Assembly: GCF_006345805.1 (NCBI RefSeq)
Contig: NC_042999.1
Span: 62,124,001 to 62,188,000, forward strand
Length of the DNA stretch: 64,000 nt
DNA from: Octopus sinensis
Taxonomy: Eukaryota
Direction: 5' to 3'
The translations under genes and the position numbers were made by a program. The notes under the pieces were generated by a model. It had not been told where the DNA came from, searched no databases, and worked only from the letters and a program-made list of their open reading frames with translations. Below, one piece after another: positions 1 to 10,841 of this stretch (its first letter is position 1; each line of letters begins with the position of its first letter).

Positions 1-403
1 ACTCTTTTTAGTCCTTTACTCTTTAACTTGTATCAGTCATTTGACTGTGGCCATGCTGGAGCACCGCATTTACTCGAGCAAATCGACCCCAGGACTTATT
101 CTTTGTCAGCCTAGTACTTATTCTATCGGTCTCTTTTGCCGAATCGCTAAGTTACGGGGACGTAAACACACCAGCATCGGTTGTGAAATGACGTTGGGAG
201 GACAAACATATACTCACACATACATATATATACATATATACGACGGGCTTCTTTCAGTTTCCGTCTACCAAATCCACTCACAAGGCTTTGATCGGCCCGT
301 GGCTATAGTAAAAGACACTTGCCCAAGGTGCCACGCAGTAGGAATGAACCTGGAACCATGTGGTTGGTAAACAAGCTACTTACCACACAGCCACTCCTAC
401 GCC
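1..403 (-). mobile_element. Near full-length tRNA-derived SINE, family A (Octopus-type, CR1-like 3' tail)
   Basis: The minus strand begins GGCGTAGGAGTGGCTGTGTGGTAAG...GGTTCCAGGTTCATTCC (A/B-box-like) and ends GCGGTGCTCCAGCATGGCCACAGTCAAATGACTGA. More than 15 further copies or fragments occur in the window. Confidence 0.9.
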
Positions 404-417
404 TATATATATATACA

Positions 418-745
418 CGACGGGCTTCTTTCAGTTTCCGTCTACTAAATCCACTCACAAGGCTTTGATCGGCCCGAGGCTATAGTAAAAGACACTTGCC
501 CAAGGTGCCACGCAGTAGGAATGAACCTGGAACCATGTGGTTGGTAAACAAGCTACTTACCACACAGCCACTCCTACGCCTATATATATATACACGACGG
601 GCTTCTTTCAGTTTCCGCCTACTAAATCCACTCACAATGCTCTGATCGGCCCGAGGCTATAGTAAAAGACACTTGCCCAAGGTGCCACGCAGTAGGAATG
701 AACCTGGAACCATGTGGTTGGTAAGCAAGCTACTTACCACACAGT
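418..745 (-). repeat. Two extra tandem copies of the family A SINE 5' module (177-bp period)
   Basis: CGACGGGCTTCTTTCAG recurs at 241, 418 and 595, and the units are near-identical. Confidence 0.9.
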
Positions 746-1081
746 CAAAGAAACAATGTAGTCATCAATAAAAAGAGCTGAAATTAATGCATGCAAAGTT
801 TCCCAACACTAGCATCACTCCTTCATTTCCAGTCGACCCACCCTCGTAAGCTATATCTTTCTGGAAATGATCGTCTGTCCCCTTTTTCATTGACTGTCCC
901 CTGATCGCACAATCCCTTCATACCGATTGATTTCGTCTTAATGGCTTGTTAATTATTTTTTCAGTTACCCGCTTCTAATGTCGAAGTTTCACTCCGACAG
1001 CTTCTCATTGACTCCTCTTTCAGGCGGCTCAATTTAAGTTCAAGAGATCTCTTTTCGATACTTTCAAGAATTTTCCTTCTA

Positions 1082-1636
1082 CAGGGTCAGGCAAAATGAT
1101 CTGACACATTTGTAGGTTAAATAAAAGGCATTGGTTTTCGTTTCTTTTTCAGTTGCTGCCATGAATTGGACTGGTGAGCATCGCGCTTTCATTGTGGAAA
1201 CGTTTATCAAAACAAACGATTCTGTAACTGCAACACAAAGAGCGTTCCGTTTGCGCTTCAATCTTGGTAGACATGATCCCGTACCAGCTCGAAACACGAT
1301 CTTGTTATGGGTTACCAACTTCAGAGCTACTGGATCTGCATTGAAACGAAAATCAACCGGCCGACCTCACACCGCCAGAACTTAAAGATGCAATTCGTCA
1401 AGAAATTACTGCCATTCCACATAAAATGACCCGCCGAGTTATTGACAACTTTCGTGAACGCCTTCGACAGTGTGTGGACAATAATGGATCCCATTTGACT
1501 GATTTAATTTTTAAAACATAATGAAACAAAATGGCATTATATGTACTTTTCAAAAATAAAAACACTTTTTTGTTTCTTTACTTCATTTGCCTTTTATTTA
1601 GCCTACAAATGTGTCAGATCATTTTGCCTGACCCTG
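1082..1636 (+). mobile_element. Internally deleted Tc1/mariner-superfamily DNA transposon (DUF4817-like HTH transposase remnant)
   Basis: ~50-bp TIRs (CAGGGTCAGGCAAAATGATCTGACACATTTGTAGG...) flanked by TA on both sides. The N-terminal HTH (MNWTGEHRAFIVETF...STGRP) is joined directly to the C-terminus (ELKDAIRQEITAIP...QCVDNNGSHL). The DDD/E core is absent. Confidence 0.9.
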
Positions 1637-1651
1637 TATTTCTTTTTACTT

Positions 1652-1683
<32 letters not shown>

Positions 1684-1719
1684 TGTATGTATGTATGTAT
1701 GTATGTATGTATGTATGTA

Positions 1720-1754
<35 letters not shown>

Positions 1755-1789
1755 ATGTATGTATGTATGTATGTATGTATGTATGTATG
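1652..1789. repeat. (TATG)n/(TG)n microsatellite
   Basis: Directly visible. Confidence 0.97.
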
Positions 1790-1997
1790 AGTTCTAGGTA
1801 AAATCTACCACGGAAAATTCTACCAGGTAAATTTCACCATAGGTAAATTCCATCACGGTATATTCCACCATGGTAAATTCCATCCATGGACAGACTTCCA
1901 ATCTAAGCTATTCCCGCTAATAATCACTATAGTCAGTTTCTCTAGACCGTGGGTCAATGCCTATGTTATTTAATCTGTCTGTCTCTCAAGTCTTAAG

Positions 1998-1998
<1 letters not shown>

Positions 1999-2073
<75 letters not shown>

Positions 2074-2096
2074 CAGATAGAAAGCTAGAATGATAC

Positions 2097-2155
<59 letters not shown>

Positions 2156-2180
2156 CAGATAGAAAGCTAGAATGATACAA

Positions 2181-2246
<66 letters not shown>

Positions 2247-2270
2247 TGATAGAAAGCTAGAATGATACAA

Positions 2271-2324
<54 letters not shown>
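1999..2324. repeat. (GATA)n microsatellite with three AAAGCTAGAATGATACA interruptions
   Basis: Interruptions start at about 2081, 2163 and 2253. Confidence 0.95.
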
Positions 2325-2325
<1 letters not shown>

Positions 2326-2399
2326 CACCCACACCGCTGCTGAAGCTACCACCGCCATCACCACCCATAACATCAACGACCCGACATTAACATTGTCAC

Positions 2400-2434
2400 C
2401 GCCGCCGCCGCTGCCAGCACCACTACTACTACTG

Positions 2435-2495
<61 letters not shown>

Positions 2496-2553
2496 CACCA
2501 CCACCACTACTACTACTACTACTACCGCCACCACAACAGCCACCGCCACCACC

Positions 2554-2603
<50 letters not shown>
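2400..2603. repeat. (CTA)n/(CCA)n trinucleotide microsatellite
   Basis: Directly visible. Confidence 0.95.
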
Positions 2604-2610
2604 CGTTGCT

Positions 2611-2770
2611 CGCGATACCAGAGGGCGCACACTCTCCTATCCTGATGTAATCTCCAGGGATACAGGCATCCAGCAACAGGACCTCCGTAATGCCATGATG
2701 GACCGTGAAGTCTGGCGTAACATAGTAAATTCCATTGTCTCGACCACGGTCGAACAATGATAATGACTAA
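2611..2770 (+). mobile_element. 3' end of an RTE-clade LINE
   Basis: Translates as RDTRGRTLSYPDVISRDTG...DLRNAMMDREVWR...VEQ*, a typical RTE C-terminus, followed by a short TGA/TAA repeat tail. Confidence 0.7.
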
Positions 2771-2885
2771 CTACTACTACTAACAACAGCAGCAGCAGGA
2801 ACACTAATCAACAACCACAGGATCACTAATCGTTGCATAGAAACTAGATTTCATTGCCTGTTGATGCAAGCTGTCATTTCTGAGA

Positions 2886-3250
2886 GTGGAGGTGCAATGG
2901 CCCAGTGGTTAGGGCAGCGGACTCGCGGTTTCGTTCCCAGACCGGGCGTTGTGAGTGTTTATTGAGCGAAAACACCTAAAGCTCCACGAGGCTCCGGCAG
3001 GGGATGGTGGTGATCCCTGCTGTACTCTTTCACCACAACTTTCTCTCACTCTTACTTCCTGTTTCTGTTGTACCTGTATTTCAAAGGGCCGGCCTTGTCA
3101 CTCTCTGTGTCACGCTGAATATCCCCGAGAACTACGTTAGGGTACACGTGTCTGTGGAGTACTCAGCCACTTACACGTTAATTTCACGAGCAGGCTGTTC
3201 CGTTGATTCGGATCAACCGGAACCCTCGTCGTCGTAACCGACGGAGTGCT
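2886..3250 (+). mobile_element. tRNA-derived SINE, family C
   Basis: Head GTGGAGGTGCAATGGCCCAGTGGTTAGGGCAGCGGACTCGCGG. The head and 5' body are shared with the copy at 63405-63780. Confidence 0.8.
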
Positions 3251-3299
3251 TTCATCCATACGAGGTAAAGGTAACAGCAATAGGATTAATTAGACAACC

Positions 3300-3525
3300 A
3301 AACGTGCGAAAGTACATTGGAGCAACTGAAGGCCCCTCAGACCCTGCTATAACAACCACAAGTCCTTCAGCATCTAGGAGAGATGTAATTCCACAACCCT
3401 GGCCAAGCACGTATGGTCGTTGAAAGACAGCGTCACCAAGAAAATAAAGTGAAGGATTCTAGAGAAATGTAAAGCGTACTTCAATAGCGCAGAAAGTGCA
3501 GATTATGTCTGGCTGAGAATGGATC
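3300..3525 (+). mobile_element. Penelope-like element GIY-YIG endonuclease fragment (frameshifted)
   Basis: KYIGATEGP / YNNHKSF / NSTTLAKHVWSLKD / RILEKCKAY / KCRLCLAE motifs across frameshifts and stops. Confidence 0.8.
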
Positions 3526-3548
3526 GATATTAAAGAGATCCCGGCCGC

Positions 3549-3660
3549 TGTGCTTCTGACGTCCATACTTTATGATATGTGCCGCTGACACCCATACTTT
3601 ATGATATGTGCCGCTGACGTGCATACTTTATGAAATGTGCCGCTGACGTCCATATTTTAG
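3549..3660. repeat. 29-bp minisatellite, about 4 copies (GTGCCGCTGACGTCCATACTTTATGATAT)
   Basis: Directly visible. Confidence 0.9.
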
Positions 3661-3814
3661 CTGTTATTGCTATTATTATTGTAATTGTTGTTATTGAATT
3701 TACGTCGCCCAGGAGTTATTTCTTTTCCCTTCTCTCTTCTCTTTATGTGTGCGGTTGTTGCGAATATTTGTGTGTGGCTTATATTTACGGTGGTGATCCT
3801 CCCTGCATCGACCT

Positions 3815-3872
<58 letters not shown>

Positions 3873-4172
3873 CATCCTATCCATCCATCCATCTATCTAT
3901 CTATCTATATATCTATCTATCTATCTATCTGTCTGTCTGTCTGCCTATCTATCTATCTGTCTACCTGTCTGTCTGTCTCTCTGCCTGTCTGTCTATCTAT
4001 CTGTCCAGCCGTCTGTCTATCTGTCTGTCTGTCTTTTTTTTTGTCTTACGCTCCCTTTTGATCAGAATTTTATTTTTCTCTTTTTTTCCCCGAAAAGAAA
4101 AGCTCTACATTGTATTTTGTCCCCTCTGTGTTCCGCCCTGTGTGGCTAATAAAGAAAGATATCTATCTATCT

Positions 4173-4254
<82 letters not shown>

Positions 4255-4397
4255 CTGTCTGTATGTCTGTCTGTCTGTCTGTCTGTCTAGCTAACCACAC
4301 ACTCATATACACACTCTCTCACACACACACACACACATCCGTCCATCCATCCATCCATACATACATACATACATACATACATACATACATACATACA

Positions 4398-4430
<33 letters not shown>

Positions 4431-4774
4431 GCTTTCGTTTGCACGCACTCGAGTGCGCACGCATACACATTTTTTAAAATTAGTAACTCCAAGTTTCACG
4501 CTATCTATATTCGTACTCGTATCATCATTACGATCATTTCCGCTACAAAAACAAATGCGTGGGAGATATCTCATAGATGTCTGTTAAACATTAATAAATG
4601 AACGTAACTCTTTACTGTAGATATCGACAGCAAAGAGATATAGCAAGAGAGATACCCCCATACGAATTATCCACATATGGGATATCCATAGACGAGATAA
4701 TTAGAGATGAATATCCACAAATGAGGTATTCAGAGAGGAGCTATCCAAAGATTTCATAATTACATATGTATTAC

Positions 4775-4890
4775 AGTTCTGTATTTAAGAAATGAGGAAT
4801 TATTTACATTATTTACATTATTTACATTTGACGGATATTTATCCTCATCTTGTTTATTCTTAAACACAGCGTTTCGGCTGATATACCCCA
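4775..4890 (-). mobile_element. Penelope-like terminal repeat (pLTR) fragment
   Basis: Homologous to 6180-6330. The minus strand retains CAGCCGAAACGCTGTG (hammerhead stem II/GAAAC half). Confidence 0.6.
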
Positions 4891-6177
4891 AGATATATAC
4901 CCACAAGTTATACGATCCCTATTGATCGTTTTTTTACCTCTTCCCCTTTTTTCCCCTTTTTTCTCTTTTTTCATTTCTCTTTTCTTTTGTTCCTTTTCCT
5001 TTTCTTCTTTTTTATTTTTTTTTTTTGTTCTTCTTTTCCCTTTTACAATCCCTTTTGATCGAAAACCTACGCCAACTTTTTTTTTGTTTCTTTTGTTTTT
5101 TGTTTTTTTCATCCCCAAAAGAAAAGCTCTACCTTGTAACTTGTCCCATCTGTGTGCAGCCCTGTGTGGCCAATAAAGAAACTTATATGTATAATTCTAG
5201 TCGTAAAAGTGGGAGATTCGAAGCGACCTCATAAGTGAAATAAACCAGGGCCTCTTCTTACCTAAATTCGGCCCTGGTTTCTATCCTTACTAACTCATTG
5301 TAAAAAAAAAAAACAACCCGTCCCATAGGTTATTTATCCGTTCTTTTGGCAATCTGACCTCAGACCAGTGCAGCTGGAATCTATATAGGAGGGAGTAGAT
5401 GAGGTCTACACAATGCAATTGAGAATCTCAGTATTTTGAGCTTTACCTTTACCAACGGATTTTCTTCTAAGAAGGACCCTTTTATTTTTCCGCTGATGGT
5501 AGGTGGGATTTGAACTCAGAATATAGGGATCCGAAATAGATACTGCTAGATACTACTAGATTCCACGAATCTTCTCTGTATTGTTATTTTGAGAATATGA
5601 AGATGAAGTTAACTTAGGCGTGATTTGAACTCACAAAGCAAAGAGGCGAAATAAATAACCCAAGTTAACGACTGTGTCAGTTGAACACACCCACACTCGG
5701 TCGCGCGCGCAGGGAGGTATGTTACAGGAGACTTGGGATAAAATAATCTAGGCGCTTGCCTAGGTAAGAAATGCTTCTACGGACAATGACTAAATGGGGA
5801 AAACACCCCCAATAAGCTGGTAACCTCCAAATTATTGTTGAGTATAAAATAATAAACACTGAAGAGTGGAGCTTGCGTTATGATTTTTGTTACATAGTTT
5901 ACAATTATTTCTACAAATTCATTTTGACTTATCTTCAATCATGTTTATAAACGTGACCGCTGTGCCGTCCACTATAAACATTGATTAATGTCCTATATTT
6001 AAGCGGTAGACAAACACTTCAGCATATTATTTTTTGTAGAGAGTTGCGAGGGATCATTTCTATGAACGGGGTATCTGTACAACGGATATGACTACATCAT
6101 TAATTGTGGAGTCGTTTAAAAACACGATGCAAGATTAAGTCAACATGGAATTTTTGAAACAATCATAAGTTGTTCTA

Positions 6178-6330
6178 TATTTTAGAGATGAGGAATTCTG
6201 TACAATATTTACATTTTTACATTGGATGGATATTTGTCCTCATCTTGTTTGTTTGCTACCACAAAATTTCGGCTGATTTACTCTCAGCGCCTTCATCAGG
6301 TGTCCTGGTAGAATTTTGAATCCAACCCTA
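6178..6330 (-). mobile_element. Penelope-like pLTR with a degenerate hammerhead core
   Basis: The minus strand reads CTGATGA-AGGCGCTGA-GAGTAAA-TCAGCC-GAAA. Stem III is mutated (GAAATTTT in place of GAAACG). Confidence 0.6.
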
Positions 6331-6892
6331 GGTTCTAAGGTGCCACGCAGTGTGAATGAACCGAAACTATGGCTGGTATGGCTTGTCAGGGAGTCACCAT
6401 TGCTTTCGCGCCTTTTACGTTCTTAGCAGTGGGAGACGTCTATATTGCTAAGAGTATAAAAAGTGTGAAACCAATGGTAACGTCCTGACTGGTCGTAAAT
6501 CACAACTACATTAGATATTACTACGATATATCTAAAAAAAACATTTACTTGTCTCAGTCATTCGACATATTCTATCGGTTAATTTCGTCGAACTTCTAAG
6601 TTGCGGGATGGAAAGGAAGTCAACAAGCGGTTGTCTGGGACAAGCACGAAGCTAGCCCACTCCGTCCCACAAACACGTATATACGACGGGCATTTTTCAG
6701 TTTCCATCTTCCAAATCTATTTGACCTAGTGACCAGGCAGCAAACTTCTTGTCACACAGTCACTCCTACGCTATATATATATATAATTCTGCAGCACATA
6801 TATATAAAAGGATATATTTACAGAAAACAAACAAAAGACGAAGACGGTGCAGGAATAACAAGAGTGCATTCGTTTGACTGAATAATATAGAG

Positions 6893-7265
6893 AATACCAA
6901 ACGAGGTCCCTATGGACACGTATTTATTACAACGAGTGGCTTGTAAACGTATCTAACGAGCGAAAGCGAGTTAGATCGTTTAACATCCACGAGTGTAATA
7001 AATACGGTATCCATAGGGAATGAGTTTGGTATTTTATTTATTACACCACGAATAACGACCATATTTTCTAACCCCAAACTAAAATCTTCACGTTTAGTAG
7101 TAACTTATGAATGACAAAAGTAGTGCCGTCCACGTGACGTCGGGTCATCACCATGGATTGACCAATCAGACGTAGCGATGTCAACGTGACCTCAGGTCAT
7201 CACCATGGATTGACCAATCAGAAGCAGCTGCCGGTATCTGACATATGGTTAGATACCAGAAATAT
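6893..7265. mobile_element. Palindromic non-autonomous DNA element (Crypton/MITE-like; family assignment tentative)
   Basis: A 140-bp imperfect palindrome at 6893-7033, then two 52-bp direct repeats with CACGTGAC and GACCAATCAG motifs, then a terminal hairpin GGTATCT...AGATACC. Confidence 0.55.
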
Positions 7266-7515
7266 CTCAAAGTGTTCCACTCACATGTGGTGAATAAATA
7301 TATATATATATATATAAGTTATATATATATAATATATAAATTATTATAGATATATATTATCTATATATATATATATATATGATATATATTAGATATATAA
7401 TTATATATATAGATATATATATATATAATATATAGATTATATATAATATATATAATATATATAATATAGATATATATATAGATTATATAGATAATATATA
7501 TATATATATATATGT

Positions 7516-7598
7516 AAAGTATAGAAGCCATCTTATCATGGCTAACCACATTGGGAATCCCCAATATGGTAGCTATGATAAGATGGCTTCTATACTTT
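7516..7598. repeat. Near-perfect ~80-bp palindrome
   Basis: AAAGTATAGAAGCCATCTTATCAT...ATGATAAGATGGCTTCTATACTTT. Confidence 0.85.
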
Positions 7599-7919
7599 TC
7601 ATTATCGAGCGATTACTGTTTCAATCTCATTCGAGATTTATTATGCTATATATATACTATTATATATATATAGTATATATAGATATATATATATATAGAT
7701 ATATAAAATTAGAAAAAAAAACACCTTTTATCAATTCAGATATATACGATTTATTTATTATTTTGCACATTACTTAATCATCGGTATATTATTTATTTTA
7801 TATTTAATATTTCTATTATATGTAATTTTCTAGATTGTGTATTTAATTGTTCATTTTGAATTGATAAAAGGTGTTTTTTTCTAATTTTATATATATATTA
7901 TATATATATATATATTATA

Positions 7920-8182
7920 CTAGCAGTAGTATCGCCCGGCGTTGCTCGGGTTTGTAAGGGAAATAACTATATAAGCATTTTTAGAGAGTTATAGCAAAAA
8001 AAATGCATTAAAAATGGAATAAAAACTGATGGTAATTTTTTTAAATCGTTGACACATCGTAGACATTTTTAGAGAGTTACTTCCCTTATATAATAGCGAA
8101 AAAATGCATCAAAATGGAAAAAATGATGGTAAATTTTTTTTTAAATCGTAGACTCATCGTAGACACGCGCTAATACCCAGAA
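7920..8182 (-). mobile_element. Non-autonomous Helitron, 5'-truncated copy A
   Basis: The minus-strand 3' end is the hairpin CCCGAGCAACGCCGGG followed by CTAG|T. It is homologous to copies B and D. Confidence 0.8.
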
Positions 8183-8193
8183 GATACTGCTAG

Positions 8194-8704
8194 TCTCTAT
8201 ATATATATAACTGTAGTTGTGTGAGTGTCTGTCTCCTACGATTTAGATTCCTAACTCCTCCCATATTTTGCGGTGCAGTTTAACCAAAACCGGGTATCTT
8301 ATAGTCGGGATTCATATCGAGCCCGTCTGGCTATTAGCGCGCGTCTACGATGAGTCTACGATTTTAAAAATAATTTCACATCATTTTTTATTCCATTTTA
8401 ATGCATAATTTTTCGTGTGTCGATGGCGGCGGAGTTGGCGTCCACGCTCACAGCTGCACCTGTTTGCTTCTCCCCCTTCCCTCCCTCGTGAAGCTGTGGG
8501 GAAGGGAGTGTAAAGAAATCAACGTCGTAATGCGTTGTCAAGGAGACCAGCGTTCTTTCAGAACAACGACTTCATGGCTTGAAGTCACCAAAACAGAAAT
8601 GGCTAAGAAAGCCCGAACTGGCATCTATAAGGGAATAACTCTCTAAAAATGCTTATATAGTTATTTCCCTTACAAACCCGAGCAACGCCGGGCGATACTG
8701 CTAG
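8194..8704 (+). mobile_element. Non-autonomous Helitron, full-length copy B
   Basis: 5' TCTCTATATATA; 3' hairpin CCCGAGCAACGCCGGG then CTAG followed by T. No TIR or TSD. Confidence 0.85.
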
Positions 8705-8747
8705 TATATAGATATATGGTCTTATGCTATATGCGCACATATATGTG

Positions 8748-9192
8748 CGTGCGCGAAAGTGTGACTGCGAATGCGCGAACGAGTTACAGCGCATGCGCGA
8801 GAGTGTGACTGCGCAGCGCGAAAGTGTGACTGCGCATGCGCGAACGTGTCACTGCGCATGCGCGAAAGTGTGACTGCGTGTGCGTGAAAGTGTGACTGCG
8901 CATGCGCGAGAGTATGACTGCGCATGCGCGAAAGTGTGACTGCGCATGCGCGAACGTGTGCGTGCGCGAACATTTGACTGTGCATGCGCGAAAGTGTGAC
9001 TGCGCATGCGCTAACGTGTGACTGCACATGCGCGAAAGTGTGCATGCGCATGCGCGAACGTGTGCGTGCGCATGCGCGAACGTGTGACTGCGCGTGCGTG
9101 AACGTGTGACTGCGCATGCGCGAAAGTGTAACTGCGCATGCGCGAAAGTGTGACTGCGCATGCGCGAACGTGTGCGTGCGCATGCGCGAACG
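8748..9192. repeat. CpG-rich 22-bp minisatellite (GCGCGAAAGTGTGACTGCGCAT)n, about 20 units
   Basis: Directly visible; unit variants include AACGTGTGCG. Confidence 0.95.
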
Positions 9193-9483
9193 TGTGGGAA
9201 GAATGGGGAGAAGCAACACAGGTGCAGGTGTGACCATGGACGCCAACTCCGCCGCCATCGACACACGAAAAAATATGCGTTAAAATGGAAAAGAATGATG
9301 TTAAATTATTTTTGAAATCATAGACTCATCGTAGAGGCGCGCTAATACCCAGATGGGCTCGATATGAACCACGACTATAAGATACCCGAATTTGGTTAAA
9401 CTGCACCGCAAAATGTGGGAGTAGTTAGGAATCTAAATCGTAGGAGACAGACACTCACACAACTACAGTTTTATATATGTAGA
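9193..9483 (-). mobile_element. Non-autonomous Helitron, 3'-truncated copy C
   Basis: The minus-strand 5' end is TCTACATATA. It matches the first ~290 bp of copy B. Confidence 0.8.
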
Positions 9484-9550
9484 TTTTGTGAAATTTGATT
9501 TAGTATTTCTAAATTGAATTTTTCCCTGTAAGTTATGAATAATATTCCTC

Positions 9551-9639
<89 letters not shown>

Positions 9640-9676
9640 TGTATATATATGTGTAGTGGTGTATATATTATATATA

Positions 9677-10071
9677 TCTTTATATATAAAAGTGAATTGT
9701 GTGTCTGTCTCCTACGATTTAGATTCCTAACTACTCCCTCATTTTGCGGTGCAGTGTAATCAAAAGCGGCTATCTTATAGTCGTGATTCATATCGAGCCC
9801 TTCTGGGTATTAGCGCACGTCTACGATGAGTTTACGATTTAAAAATAAATTTACCATCATTTTTTCCGCATTTTTAATGCATTTTCGCTCGGTTTATATA
9901 AGGGAAGTAACTCTCTAAAAATGTATTATTAAATCTCAGAATGTAAAAAGCTACAGTAACACCCCCCTTTGTGGTTAGCCATATGGAGATGGCTATTATA
10001 CTTTACATCTCTAAAAATGCTTATATAGTTATTTCCCTTACAAACCCGAGCAACGCCGGCGACACTGCTAG
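9677..10071 (+). mobile_element. Non-autonomous Helitron, copy D
   Basis: A|TC 5' end, hairpin plus CTAG|T 3' end. The internal segment differs from copy B. Confidence 0.85.
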
Positions 10072-10080
10072 TATATATAT

Positions 10081-10139
<59 letters not shown>

Positions 10140-10841
10140 CTCTTTTATTCTTTTATTTGTTACAGTCATTTGACTTTGGCTATGCTGGAGCACTGCCTTT
10201 AGTCGAGAAAATCGACTCTAGGGATTATTCTTTGTAAGCCTAGTACTTATTCTATCGGTCTGTTTTTGCCACACCACACACCACACATACATATACACAC
10301 ACACATACATATATACACATACGCACACACACTCACACACGTATACACACACACATCTTGTTGCTTCTTGGGAGGGTCATTATGCCAATAACGATATGGT
10401 TACACATCTGACCAACTTCGTAATCGATCGTTTGTTTAACGTGCTGGTTAAACAATCAAAGTTTTATTTCTTCGTGAAAGTCCGTTCGTCGCTATTTTTC
10501 GCGACCTTTTCAATAGCTTGTCCTTTCTCTTCAACGTCTGCCCTGAATTTGGCCGCGAATTAATCTTATGTCTGTGTGCATGCATGCCTTTCTATGTGTG
10601 CGTAGATGTGTGTTTGCTTAGAAGAATAAGGGTGAGAGGAAAGGAGATTATGTGCGTGCGTGCTAGTGTGTATGTGTGTGTGTGTGTGTGTGTGTGCGTG
10701 CGTATGTGTGTGGTTGTGTGTACACTCGTGTGACTACTTGCATGTGTATGTGTACGTGTGTGTTAGTGTGTGTAGCCATCCATGAAAAGGTATGTGTATG
10801 TATAACTGTGTCTATATACGCACATAGATTTATATGCAAGA

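Noticed and set aside
1531-2650. ORFs rich in YVCM, IYLS, poly-S/V/L/P
   Set aside because: They are translations of (TATG)n, (GATA)n and trinucleotide microsatellites.
2886-2945. tRNA gene-like sequences here and at other SINE heads (e.g. 37215-37280, 52936-53010)
   Set aside because: They are SINE heads continuing into repeat bodies, with no complete cloverleaf.
8722-9266. 180-aa and 160-aa repetitive ORFs
   Set aside because: They are stop-free readings of the 22-bp minisatellite, with no coding evidence.
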